This document shows, in pieces, positions 18,808 through 27,991 of a stretch of DNA of 64,000 nt. The DNA is from an uncultured Poribacteria bacterium (GTDB taxonomy: Bacteria > Poribacteria > WGA-4E > WGA-3G). The number at the start of each line of letters is the position of its first letter. Position 1 is the first letter of the stretch. The position numbers and the translations under genes were made by a program. The stretch spans positions 512,001-576,000 of the forward strand of contig CATQHZ020000001.1 of assembly GCA_958296135.2 (NCBI GenBank), written 5' to 3'. The notes under the pieces were generated by a model that saw only the letters and a program-made list of their open reading frames with translations, was not told the origin of the DNA and did not search any database.

Positions 18808-19202
18808 TCGTTTACGATACGAATATCTTGATATCGGGGATGATCTGGGGTGGAAAACCTTATGACTGCATCGTGCTCGCGCAGCAAGGCAGCGTTGAAG
18901 GGTTAACTTGCGCTGGCATTCTTGGCGAATTTTCGGAGAAGTTGCTCACCAAGTTTGAGTATTCCGAGAGTGAAACTGCGGGGAGAGTTGAGAGGCTTCT
19001 CGGTTTTCTGCGAACAGTTAAAATTACCGATCGGCTTGAGGGTGCCACCACCGATGCCGACGATAATAAGGTGATAGAATGTGCCGTTGTCGGCGGTGCG
19101 ACGCACATTATCAGCGGTGACCGGAAACATCTGTTACGGCTTGGGAGTTATCAGGACATCCTTATCGTCACGGCCGCGGATTTTCTGGCGCAGTTCGCGT
19201 AA
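18795..19202 (+). CDS. PIN-domain toxin (copy 2)
   Basis: Same PIN motifs; last ~53 aa identical to copy 1. Confidence 0.9.
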   Translation: MQPIVVYDTNILISGMIWGGKPYDCIVLAQQGSVEGLTCAGILGEFSEKLLTKFEYSESETAGRVERLLGFLRTVKITDRLEGATTDADDNKVIECAVVGGATHIISGDRKHLLRLGSYQDILIVTAADFLAQFA

Positions 19203-19223
19203 TCTCCCTGGCTTATTAACGCG

Positions 19224-19261
19224 AAACGCGCGGGCATTGCAAATTGCCCGCGCGTTTTTTT
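19224..19261 (+). terminator. Rho-independent terminator after TA pair 2
   Basis: Same hairpin as 18229-18265. Confidence 0.75.
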
Positions 19262-19448
19262 GCTTGCGATTGGAAAAAACTTGCACTTTTAATCGAATTC
19301 GCGTAGAATTTCCACGGATTGGCGAAAAAACTTGCATTTTTCGCGAACATCGCGGAGAATTCCCAGAAAACAAAAAATCAATTAAAGGGACTGACAAGTG
19401 CGGTTGCGATGGAACAATCTGTGGTAACAGTGCCAAATGCAACGGTAG

Positions 19449-21386
19449 GTGTTAATTAAAAAAATGCTTGACTCAACCGAAAAGTTCATGCCATTTCATG
19501 GCGTGTCAGACACCATCGATGCTACCGCCTGGGCGTTACCTGATGGTGCGATGGCCCGATTAGGCCGCGGCAGCGTGCGCGCCCTGGCAGTTTCGCCCGA
19601 TGGCAGTCTCCTTGCTGTCGCCACCAAAATCGGGCTCTGGTGGTATCACCTCGCTACGATGTCTCCGCTCGCCTTGTGGGAGACAGAACGGGGGATGGTT
19701 TCTACCGTCTCGTTTTCCGCCGATGGACAATGGGTTGCTACCGGCAACGATGATGGTATTGTCAAGGTATGGGCTCTGGCTGAAGGTGTGTGCATCGCGG
19801 AGATGGCACGCCAGACACAGGTGAGACAACCTGGGGTTTCCCAACTCGCCTTCTCGCCAGATTCCCAACGTCTCGCTGCAACCGGTATCCGCGACGATAA
19901 GGTTGACGTATGGCATCCACAAACCGGCGAACAGGGCGCAAAATTCTACGATACCCAAGTCGAATTGCGGGGCCTCACGCGCCCTGTCGCCTTTTCCACC
20001 GATAGTGACTTGCTAGCCTGTACGAATTCCGAAGGCATTCCCGGTACAACTCACTCTATCTCGGTATGGAATTTAGCGGCAGAGGACTGCATCGCCTGCC
20101 TCACCGAACCCACTGATTTTGTGCAGAGCCTCTGCTTTTCACCGTGTGGGAGGTACCTTGCCGCCGGTGGGTATCAAGGCACGGTTTGGGTGTGGGAGGT
20201 GAAGACCTGGCAGCAGCACAAGGCGAATAGAGATTATGGTGAGTCTCGTGTGAGCGTCTCCTATTCGTCAGCGGGGGTTCTCCATGCTACAGCGGTGTCA
20301 GAAGATACCGCTGTCGTGTGGGACGTGGAACGTGACGAAAGACGTTGTACATACGTTGAAGCGCAGGGGAGCCTCCACGGCGTGCATTTTTCACGCGGTG
20401 CCCAGTTTGTCGTTGCCGGCGCACGTGAGTGGACGGTGTGGACAGTTGGGAACCCACAGCCGCGCAAGTGCCTTCATTCCCATACGGCCTTCCCTGACTC
20501 CTTGGTATGCTCGCCTGATGGCAGAACGCTAACGGCCGGGTCCTGGCATGATGGCGTAAAGGTATGGGATATTGCAGCGTCTGCGCAGCATCCGATCTGT
20601 TTCAAACTGCCCGGTAAAAACCATTATGTTTCTGTGTCCAACTGCGGCAACTTTCAGGCGACTGGCATTGACGAAAACACCATCAAAGTATGGGAAGTTG
20701 GAGAAACCGCGCCGTTCCTTACGCTTAAGCCCTCGGAGAAAACGGGGGAGGTATCAGCAGCAGCACTCTCGCTGACAGGGAATCTGCTGGCATACGGAGA
20801 TAGCAACGGCACCCTGTCTGTGTGGGATGTGCGGTGCCAGGAATATCTACACTCGCTCACGGCGCATAACGGTTGGATTCATTCGGTGGCATTTAGCCCG
20901 AATGAAAAGTGTCTTGCGAGTCTGAGGCAAGATGGCCCCGACACCCGGTTGTGGGATGTTGAAAACGGTGAAGAAATTGGCGAGTTTCCTGACAGCACCA
21001 ATGCGATAGCGTTTTCGCCTGGTAGTGACGTGATTGCCTGCGGCATGGCAAAAAAGATTCTGTTGTGGGATGTTAACCGTTGTGAAACTTTCATGACACT
21101 CTGTCACGCTCAGCAAAGTTGGTGGCCGTTTGCGTTGGCCTTTTCGCCGTGTGGACGGTATCTGGCTTCTGGTGCCTGGTGGCACCGCGGTATGGGAATA
21201 AAAAAGGTCGCGATTCGATTATGGGAGGTTGCGACAGGTGAAAATATCGTCACCTTCCGGGGACACCCTACCGATGTCCAATGTCTCGCCTTTTCACCGG
21301 ATGGAACACTTTTGGCAAGTGGCAGTTATGACGGCACCATCCTCCTGTGGGATGTGAAACCTTACTTGCAAAATGAAACTCCATGA
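19449..21386 (+). CDS. WD40-repeat beta-propeller protein (start uncertain)
   Basis: WALPDGAMARLGRG lead-in, many AFSP..LA.G..D..V.VW repeats, final GHPTDVQCLAFSPDGTLLASGSYDGTILLWD. Confidence 0.88.
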   Translation: MLIKKMLDSTEKFMPFHGVSDTIDATAWALPDGAMARLGRGSVRALAVSPDGSLLAVATKIGLWWYHLATMSPLALWETERGMVSTVSFSADGQWVATGNDDGIVKVWALAEGVCIAEMARQTQVRQPGVSQLAFSPDSQRLAATGIRDDKVDVWHPQTGEQGAKFYDTQVELRGLTRPVAFSTDSDLLACTNSEGIPGTTHSISVWNLAAEDCIACLTEPTDFVQSLCFSPCGRYLAAGGYQGTVWVWEVKTWQQHKANRDYGESRVSVSYSSAGVLHATAVSEDTAVVWDVERDERRCTYVEAQGSLHGVHFSRGAQFVVAGAREWTVWTVGNPQPRKCLHSHTAFPDSLVCSPDGRTLTAGSWHDGVKVWDIAASAQHPICFKLPGKNHYVSVSNCGNFQATGIDENTIKVWEVGETAPFLTLKPSEKTGEVSAAALSLTGNLLAYGDSNGTLSVWDVRCQEYLHSLTAHNGWIHSVAFSPNEKCLASLRQDGPDTRLWDVENGEEIGEFPDSTNAIAFSPGSDVIACGMAKKILLWDVNRCETFMTLCHAQQSWWPFALAFSPCGRYLASGAWWHRGMGIKKVAIRLWEVATGENIVTFRGHPTDVQCLAFSPDGTLLASGSYDGTILLWDVKPYLQNETP

Positions 21387-22638
21387 CGCACTGGCCGCCG
21401 GCCTCGCACATCTTTCCCAACATCGGCGCCGCACCGGGTTATCCATCCTCGGCATTTTCATCGGCATTGCGAGTGTGCTATGCATGATGGCCATTGGCGA
21501 TGGCGCGAAAGAACTGGTAGCCTTAGATATTGAGAAACTCGGCGGCGCAAACCAAGTGCAATTCTGGACACGCTGGGCTATTTTTCGGAACAAACGGGTT
21601 GTGCGACGCACCACCGAACGCTACACGTTAGCGGATGCATACGCTATTGAGGCAGCATGCCCCGATGTCCTTTTTGTGTTACCGAAAAATGATAGATACC
21701 GAGGCGTTGTGACGAGCCCCACCGGCGGACACGCGCGGCCTTACGTGGCAGGTGTGACTGCAGACTACGCCCACGGCCTGCGGTGGGAGGTGCAACAGGG
21801 CCGCTTTTTCACGGAAGAGGATATTGAAACGGCCGCGCAGGTGTGCGTCCTCGGCGCGGACATCGTCACCGAATTGTTTGGAGACACCGTTGTTCTGGGA
21901 CAAGAAGTGAAACTTAAGATTCGCTGGCGGCAACCGGCGGTTCGCTGTCGCATCGTCGGCATCATGGCACCCAAGGGTAGGAGTCTTCGGAGTTCCACCT
22001 CGTTGGATGACATTGTTTGTGTGCCGTTGACAACGCATCAGCAACGGCTCTCCGGCATCCGCTATGTTCAAGGCTTGCTCATCTTTTTTGACAAAGGGGC
22101 CGATGTCTACGGTGTGATTAACAACGTCACGCATGTTCTTCGGAAAAGACATCGGGGGACTGACGATTTTGTCGGGTATTGGATTCCGCAGCGTTCGTTT
22201 CGCCAGCTGGAACGGATTGAAAAGGTGATAAAAATCGCGTTGGGGGGCATTGCGGGTTTCTCGCTGTTTGTGAGCGGCATCGGTATCATGAATATTTGTC
22301 TCGTCTCTGTCGGCGAAAAGACGCGGGAGATAGGCTTGCGAAAATCGATGGGCGCGAAACGGCGGGACATTTTCTGGCAATTTTTAGTGGAATCCGTTTG
22401 CCTCTGTTTCTGTGGTGGCCTCCTTGGGATTGGAGGCGGCTGGCTGGCGGCGCAGGGCCTGGCGTGGCTCGCGGTGCGCATTGTTCCCATTGTGCCGGTG
22501 TGGCCCGTTGTCCTGTCGTTACCGTGGATACTGATTTCCGTGAGTTTTTCTGTCGTGATGGGCATCGTTTTCGGGGTTTACCCGGCGATGCGGGCGGCAC
22601 GGCTCTCTCCGATAGACGCACTCCGAACTGAGACATAA
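21373..22638 (+). CDS. MacB/FtsX-type ABC transporter permease
   Basis: LSILGIFIGIASV, periplasmic core, GIGIMNICLVSVGEKTREIGLRKSMGAKRRDI, YPAMRAARLSPIDALR. Confidence 0.92.
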   Translation: MKLHDALAAGLAHLSQHRRRTGLSILGIFIGIASVLCMMAIGDGAKELVALDIEKLGGANQVQFWTRWAIFRNKRVVRRTTERYTLADAYAIEAACPDVLFVLPKNDRYRGVVTSPTGGHARPYVAGVTADYAHGLRWEVQQGRFFTEEDIETAAQVCVLGADIVTELFGDTVVLGQEVKLKIRWRQPAVRCRIVGIMAPKGRSLRSSTSLDDIVCVPLTTHQQRLSGIRYVQGLLIFFDKGADVYGVINNVTHVLRKRHRGTDDFVGYWIPQRSFRQLERIEKVIKIALGGIAGFSLFVSGIGIMNICLVSVGEKTREIGLRKSMGAKRRDIFWQFLVESVCLCFCGGLLGIGGGWLAAQGLAWLAVRIVPIVPVWPVVLSLPWILISVSFSVVMGIVFGVYPAMRAARLSPIDALRTET

Positions 22639-22761
22639 GACATCGTGACGGTCGCGATGTGTCTCATGCGTGGGCTGCCTGTCGCCAGCGCCAGCTGGCA
22701 CGCGCTCAGCACAACTCAGAAGGCGTGTTAACCCATGAACCACAACGAAGAACCTCCCTTG

Positions 22762-23440
22762 AACCGTAGCGCGAGGGCCTGTCCCTCGCGATCCTTCGAT
22801 CGACACGGAAAACGGCTGCAGCTCCGAGGCCGCGGCCGCTTTCTGATGAGATCGCTGCATGGCGAGGGACAGGCCCTCGCCCTACGGTTTAAGAGGCGTT
22901 TTCTGCAACGACCGAGACATGGCGAGGGGAACCCTCGGCGATTCGCGATCGCCGGGCCCTCGCCCTACGGTTTAAGAGGCGTTTTCTGCAATGACCGAGG
23001 CATGGCGCGGCACAAGACCGCGCCCTACGGGTTAAGAGGCGTTTTCTGCAACGACCGAGGCATGGCGAGGGACAGTGGACATCTCTGCAGCGAGGCTGCA
23101 GAGATGACAACGTTTCGGCGTGACGGCCCTCGCCCTACGGGTTAAGAGGCGTTTTCTGCAACGACCGAGGCATGGCGCGGCACAAGCCCTCGCCCTACGG
23201 GTTAAGAGGCGTTTTCTGCAACGACCGAGGCATGGCGCGGCACAAGCCCTCGCCCTACGGTTTAAGAGGCGTTTTCTGCAACGACCGAGGCATGGCGCGG
23301 CACAGGACCGCGCCCTACGGGCCACGGGGCGTTTTCTGATGAGATCGCTGCATGGCGAGGCACAAGACCGCGCCCTACGGGTTAAGAAGCGTTTTCTGCA
23401 ATGACCGAGGCATGGCGCGGCACAAGACCGCGCCCTACGG
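22762..23440. repeat. REP-like tandem array with ~60-bp units
   Basis: Repeated ttaagaggcgttttctgcaacgaccgaggcatggcgcggcacaag(c/a)cc.cgccctacgg; some units carry the 50-nt or 24-nt loop inserts; no unique spacers. Confidence 0.9.
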
Positions 23441-24442
23441 TTTAATCGGATGCGCTGGCACCTTCGTCGCCGCGGATTCGTAAATCAGATCCATCAGTTC
23501 GGATTGGATGATGCCGTTCATCGGAGTGGTGCGCGGCTCAGCCCTGCCCAAAATGGCATCGATGAAGTTGTCATCCGGGTTGCCGGCGTTCATATCCTCG
23601 GTGATGGGCGGCGGATCCAACGCTTCATTGCCTTTCCAGACGCGAATCCAACCACCACCCCAACCGTCAACTTCAATGCGGCCGTTGTCGAAGACTAACG
23701 CCATGTGCGTGCCGCCGGGGCTCGGACAATTGCCGCTGACAGCCATCGCCGCCAGTACGCCGTTTTCAAATTTGACGTTAATCGACGAATTAATGTCCAC
23801 CTCCCTGCCTTGGTTATCGGTAAAAGCGTAGACTTCGGCGACGTTGGATTCCACTGCCCAGCAGAGGCTATTGAGGAGGTGCGCGCCGCTATCATACGCC
23901 TGTCCACCGCCGGAGAGTTTCGGGTTCTGCCGCCATGTGCCTGTCGTGCCGCCCTTCCAGCCTTGCGTAATATAACCGATGACCAGCTCCAATTTCCCCA
24001 GTTCGCCGCTACGGATAGCCTCGCGAATGTAGTAGAAATTCGCTGTGCAAGGGGTGTTGTAGCCGATAGTCAACACTAACCCGGTTTCCTTGACCTTCTC
24101 GGCGAGGGTGTAGGCCTCCTGCGAAGCGGTGACCATGGGTTTTTCCATCAGGACGTGGCACCCTGCTTCGAGTGCTTGCATTCCCTGCTTGAAGTGCAAG
24201 GTATGCGGCGTGGAAATGACGACAGCGTCCGGTTTCGTTTCGGCGAGCATCATTGCGATGTCGTCGTAGGCACCGGGCCGCGGCCCCAGGTCTGCCAGAT
24301 TTCTGTCGATGTATGCGTTGGCGATGTCGGTATTGACATCGCATGTGCCGACGATTTGGACATCGGGGTTTGCGTTCATGCGCCGTGCGTGGCCGGAGGA
24401 GTTTCCGCCGCAGCCAATCATGGCGAGCCGAATTTTAGACAT
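23435..24442 (-). CDS. Gfo/Idh/MocA family oxidoreductase
   Basis: IRLAMIGCGG, PDAVVISTPHTLH, HVLMEKPM, SGGGQAYDSGAH. Confidence 0.92.
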   Translation of the reverse strand: MSKIRLAMIGCGGNSSGHARRMNANPDVQIVGTCDVNTDIANAYIDRNLADLGPRPGAYDDIAMMLAETKPDAVVISTPHTLHFKQGMQALEAGCHVLMEKPMVTASQEAYTLAEKVKETGLVLTIGYNTPCTANFYYIREAIRSGELGKLELVIGYITQGWKGGTTGTWRQNPKLSGGGQAYDSGAHLLNSLCWAVESNVAEVYAFTDNQGREVDINSSINVKFENGVLAAMAVSGNCPSPGGTHMALVFDNGRIEVDGWGGGWIRVWKGNEALDPPPITEDMNAGNPDDNFIDAILGRAEPRTTPMNGIIQSELMDLIYESAATKVPAHPIKP

Positions 24443-24468
24443 AGTTTGCTCCTTTATCGGTTGTGCAA

Positions 24469-25257
24469 TTATAAATCTGCGAGGCTGAGCGCGCCCTCGC
24501 CGAATACGCGATTAAAGGCGGAGCCGTGGCGTGACTGCGTTTCGCCGTGCATATAGCAGACGCTGAATGCGCGCCGCGGGATATCCGTCTGGTTTGTACC
24601 GGAGCTGTGCAGCAGCCAGTTGTGAAGTAGCACCACCTCTCCTGCCGCCAATTCCATCGGTTTTGGTGTAGAGTTCGCGACGATGTCGTCAATGTGCTCC
24701 TGTGAAAGGAACCCAGAGCCGTGCGATGGGTTAATCAGACTGCTGTGTGACTTTGGAATGATATGCACACAGCCGTTCGCCACTGTCGCCGGGTCCAGCG
24801 CGGTATAGATGGTAATCTGCGGATCCCGGTTCAAGTCTGTCCATCTATCTTGGTGCCACACGAGATAAGTTCCTTCGTGTGCAGGTTTATTCATAAACAT
24901 TGCGCGGAAACAAGCGATAGGGGTATCGTCACCGTAAATTTTCGCGCAGATGTCGCGGAAAACCGGTTTCTGGAGGTACGCCAGAAAGTAGGCATCGAAT
25001 TCCAGATTCTGGATTTTCCGATACAGCAGCGTTGCGCCTTTATGCCCTCTCGACTGCGGTCCGGGCGAATTCTTTCCCGGTTCCCGGTCTAACTGCATCA
25101 TGATTTTATCATAATCCAGCGGTGCCTTTCCGAGCATGATGTCGTCCATGCGCTGTTGCAGGGCGGCGAGTTCGTTATCGCTAGCAACCTGTCCGATGCG
25201 AACGTAGCCGTTCTCCCAAAAGTGTTCCCATTGTTCAGCTGTGATGTGCTTTGCCAT
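24469..25257 (-). CDS. Phytanoyl-CoA dioxygenase (PhyH) family protein
   Basis: FWENGY, WHQD, ALDPAT..NGC..IPKSH, LHNWLLHSSG.N; start MAKHIT after GGAGG. Confidence 0.88.
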   Translation of the reverse strand: MAKHITAEQWEHFWENGYVRIGQVASDNELAALQQRMDDIMLGKAPLDYDKIMMQLDREPGKNSPGPQSRGHKGATLLYRKIQNLEFDAYFLAYLQKPVFRDICAKIYGDDTPIACFRAMFMNKPAHEGTYLVWHQDRWTDLNRDPQITIYTALDPATVANGCVHIIPKSHSSLINPSHGSGFLSQEHIDDIVANSTPKPMELAAGEVVLLHNWLLHSSGTNQTDIPRRAFSVCYMHGETQSRHGSAFNRVFGEGALSLADL

Positions 25258-25569
25258 CGTGTCCCTCCGAATGAAAACGGACAAGAACCAATTCCGATAA
25301 AGCACTGTTAGGTGCTTCATGTCTATAAGAAAATCTGCTATTTTAAAATATAGCAGTTCTTTGGGAATTTTGCAAGTCGTATTGTTTTCACTCCAGTGGC
25401 ATTTAATTGTCCCAATATCTGTCGTTCGGGTTTGCACTCTCCGATGTTAGCCGCTGTCATTTTTTGGGGCGGCGGGCATGGTTCGGTTAAGATGGCGAGC
25501 GTGATGAGCGCGAGGATTGCGCCGATGAGGATGCCGATGAGGAAGTGGTTCATGGTAGTGAAAATAGGG

Positions 25570-25606
25570 AAACCCCGCCGCGGACAGAATCTCCGCGGCG
25601 GGGTTT
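25570..25606. terminator. Strong hairpin / probable bidirectional terminator
   Basis: aaaccccgccgcgga-cagaatc-tccgcggcggggttt, 15-bp perfect stem. Confidence 0.75.
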
Positions 25607-25633
25607 GGGTGTTGCGCGTGCGGGACGCGCGGG

Positions 25634-25826
25634 TTAGCTGCCCAGGTTGTGGTAAATGTAGTTTGTCCTGGTGCGCGGGTTGATAGCACGGCAGGGAGAA
25701 CGGGAACTGCCATTGAGGCACTTACTTGAACTGACACCGCATCCGGTGCGGGTGCAGGTTCGGGTTTTGTGGTGTTCGTTTCCATAGCCGAGTCTGCTGC
25801 TGTGGCAGGTCTTTATTTCTGAACAT
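25634..25826 (-). pseudogene. Remnant of a Cys/His-rich protein gene (start codon and C-terminus in different frames)
   Basis: AAGGAG-ATG (25826) MFRNK; frame-shifted 25810-25634 reads TCHSSRLGYGNEHHKTRTCTRTGCGVSSSKCLNGSSRSPCRAINPRTRTNYIYHNLGS*, ending just before the terminator. Confidence 0.5.
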
Positions 25827-26478
25827 AGGGATCTCCTTCAAAGTGCGCGGAAACTTCTGCCCATGGGATATCGTGTCCGGTCCTGTCGTCAAACACGATG
25901 GGCATTCCGTTTTCGTCCAAGTTCAGGATGCCTTTGTTGATGTCATAGAAACTGAAGCTGTATCCTTCGGGCGGTGGCTTGAGCCCGTATTGCCCGTAAA
26001 ACTCTCTATCGGATTGCTTGATAAATTGTTGTCGCTGTTTGGGCGGCAACATATCCATGTTAATCCCAACGACGCTTAGATAGTCTAGTTGTCGTTGTGA
26101 GAGTTTTTCGGGGTGGAATCCGTCTCTTTTCAGCGTCTGGTTGAGTTCCTCGATTTCGCTATCGGTGAGGCGCTCGGAGATATCCACATCGGTGGTTGTG
26201 ATTCCTGTGGACATATCGCCACTGGTGAGCCATTCGTCACCGTTTGAGGTGTTGCTTTCGTCTTGTGCGACGACTTGTACCTCATGGGGTTCGGCGTGCC
26301 ATTCTCCGTCGTGCCAGTGGCCGGCGGTTTCGGTTTCCGCTCGGGTCTGCTGTTGCACGACGGGTGGTTTCGGTAGCGATGCATCGAACTTGCGTTTCTG
26401 CCATTCTCCCCAAAAGTAGAGGCCGGTGCAGAAAGCGACAAGGAGTATCGCGCTGGTGGTGATTTGTCTCAGAGACAT
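25813..26478 (-). CDS. N-terminally anchored hypothetical protein with GHWH motif (cassette 1)
   Basis: RBS AAGGAG; TM helix; GHWHDGEWHAEPH; first ~40 aa shared with 26913..27566. Confidence 0.8.
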   Translation of the reverse strand: MSLRQITTSAILLVAFCTGLYFWGEWQKRKFDASLPKPPVVQQQTRAETETAGHWHDGEWHAEPHEVQVVAQDESNTSNGDEWLTSGDMSTGITTTDVDISERLTDSEIEELNQTLKRDGFHPEKLSQRQLDYLSVVGINMDMLPPKQRQQFIKQSDREFYGQYGLKPPPEGYSFSFYDINKGILNLDENGMPIVFDDRTGHDIPWAEVSAHFEGDPYVQK

Positions 26479-26668
26479 GAGTTCTCCTTTTGCGCGCTCG
26501 TGGCGCGCGGTTGGTAAACGTTATCTAATCTGATTTTATTAGCACACGCTTTTTTGTCAAGTTTTTTTAAGACAGTTTCGTGTGAGTGTCTTAAAAACAC
26601 TTTCGCAACTGCATATCAAACTTTCAGGGTGCATCGAGACGCGGGAGGGCTCTCCTACCGACGTTGTT
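26361..26668. repeat. ~308-bp direct repeat copy 1 (REP + promoter + first ~40 codons)
   Basis: Near-identical to 27449..27757. Confidence 0.9.
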
Positions 26669-26916
26669 CAGGTAGCGCAGGTAACACTCGTGTTACCGCT
26701 TGCTGAGACCAGGAAGTGGTCTAACCAAAAATGAGCACTCTGCGTTTTTTCTGCAACATCTAAAGCTGTCTCCGTTCGATCTAATTGCAGTTGCGTAGTA
26801 CGGAGCGTAGTACGGAGCGTAGTGCTTTGCGAATCACAAGGCGCGGTGAATGCGTCACCGGTTGCAAGCGCGAGGAGCGCGAGAATGAAGATGGGGAGAT
26901 ACAAGGTGTTTTTCAT
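26668..26916 (-). pseudogene. Secreted protein gene, apparently truncated at the repeat boundary
   Basis: ATGA overlap with the upstream stop; signal peptide MKNTLYLPIFILALLALATGDA; ORF stops exactly where repeat copy 1 begins. Confidence 0.55.
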
Positions 26917-27566
26917 TGTTCCTCCCCCCAGATTTCGGCCTGTGGTGAGCCCGGGTCTTCTGCCAGGTGTGCTTTCCACCTTTCATGCCAAGCGTCAAAC
27001 TTTCGTTGCAGTGCCTCTATTTTTTCAACAATGGCCTGCCGCTCTTCAAGTGGGAGGCTTTGAGCCTGTTTGACAAATGCCGCGTACTCGTCTGGGTCGG
27101 GTGGGAGAAGTGCGTCCTCCTCTCGCCATAAGAGTTTCTGTTCCGCTAAGAGTCTCCAGTATTTTTCCGACCATGCGGCGTATTTGGGTGCGTAGCGCGC
27201 CATGTTTTGGACGGTTCGCAACGCCTCGGCGTATTCCGGGGTTGCGAGCATTTCCTCTATGGCTGCATCGGTTACTGGCTCGCTGATTATCGGCCCGCGC
27301 AGGTCGGCGAAGTGTATGCCTTCGTCGAGGACTGCATCGGCGGGTTGTTGCGGTTCGGCGGGTTTTCCATCGCCGTTGTGCCAGTGGCCGGTGGCGACAT
27401 CCTCGGTGACATCGCCGGCGACATCGGTGTCCTGCTGTTGTTCAACAGCGGGTGGTTTCGGTAGCGATGCATCGAACTTGCGCTTCTGCCATTCTCCCCA
27501 AAAGTAGAGGCCGGTGCAGAAAGCGACAAGGAGTATCGCGCCGGTGGTGAGTTGTCTCAGAGACAT
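26913..27566 (-). CDS. N-terminally anchored hypothetical protein with GHWH motif (cassette 2)
   Basis: MSLRQLTTGAILLVAFCTGLYFWGEWQKRKFDASLPKPP, GHWHNG, then an unrelated helical C-terminus. Confidence 0.8.
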   Translation of the reverse strand: MSLRQLTTGAILLVAFCTGLYFWGEWQKRKFDASLPKPPAVEQQQDTDVAGDVTEDVATGHWHNGDGKPAEPQQPADAVLDEGIHFADLRGPIISEPVTDAAIEEMLATPEYAEALRTVQNMARYAPKYAAWSEKYWRLLAEQKLLWREEDALLPPDPDEYAAFVKQAQSLPLEERQAIVEKIEALQRKFDAWHERWKAHLAEDPGSPQAEIWGEEQ

Positions 27567-27757
27567 GAGTTCTCCTTTTGCGCGCTCGTGGCGCGCGGTT
27601 GGTAAACGTTATCTAATCTGATTTTATTAGCACACGCTTTTTTTCTCAAGTTTTTTTAAGACAGTTTCGTGTGAGTGTCTTAAAAACACTTTCGCAACTG
27701 CATATCAAACTTTCAGGGTGCATCGATACGCGGGAGGGCTCTCCTACCGACGTTGTT
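27449..27757. repeat. ~308-bp direct repeat copy 2
   Basis: Near-identical to 26361..26668. Confidence 0.9.
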
Positions 27758-27991
27758 ACGGGAGCCTGACAACGGAAAACTAAATCGTCCTGGAGCGGAA
27801 CGGTTTTGGCTTGACAAAAAACTGCAAATAGGCGATAATTTTTTTTACCCCGACCGGATTGTGCAACTTTTTGGTGTCTTGTTTGTAGTAACAGAAAGCC
27901 ATAGAATTTATGTGGAAACAACCCTGTAACCGCGCCGCCGAGAAAAATAAGGGTTTCGCGTAAGTCTCTCTATCTCTCACGGAGCGCTGCG

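Noticed and set aside
22762-23440. Possible CRISPR array (regular ~60-bp period)
   Set aside because: The intervening sequences are themselves repeated rather than unique spacers, the units are GTAG palindromes, and no cas genes are present.
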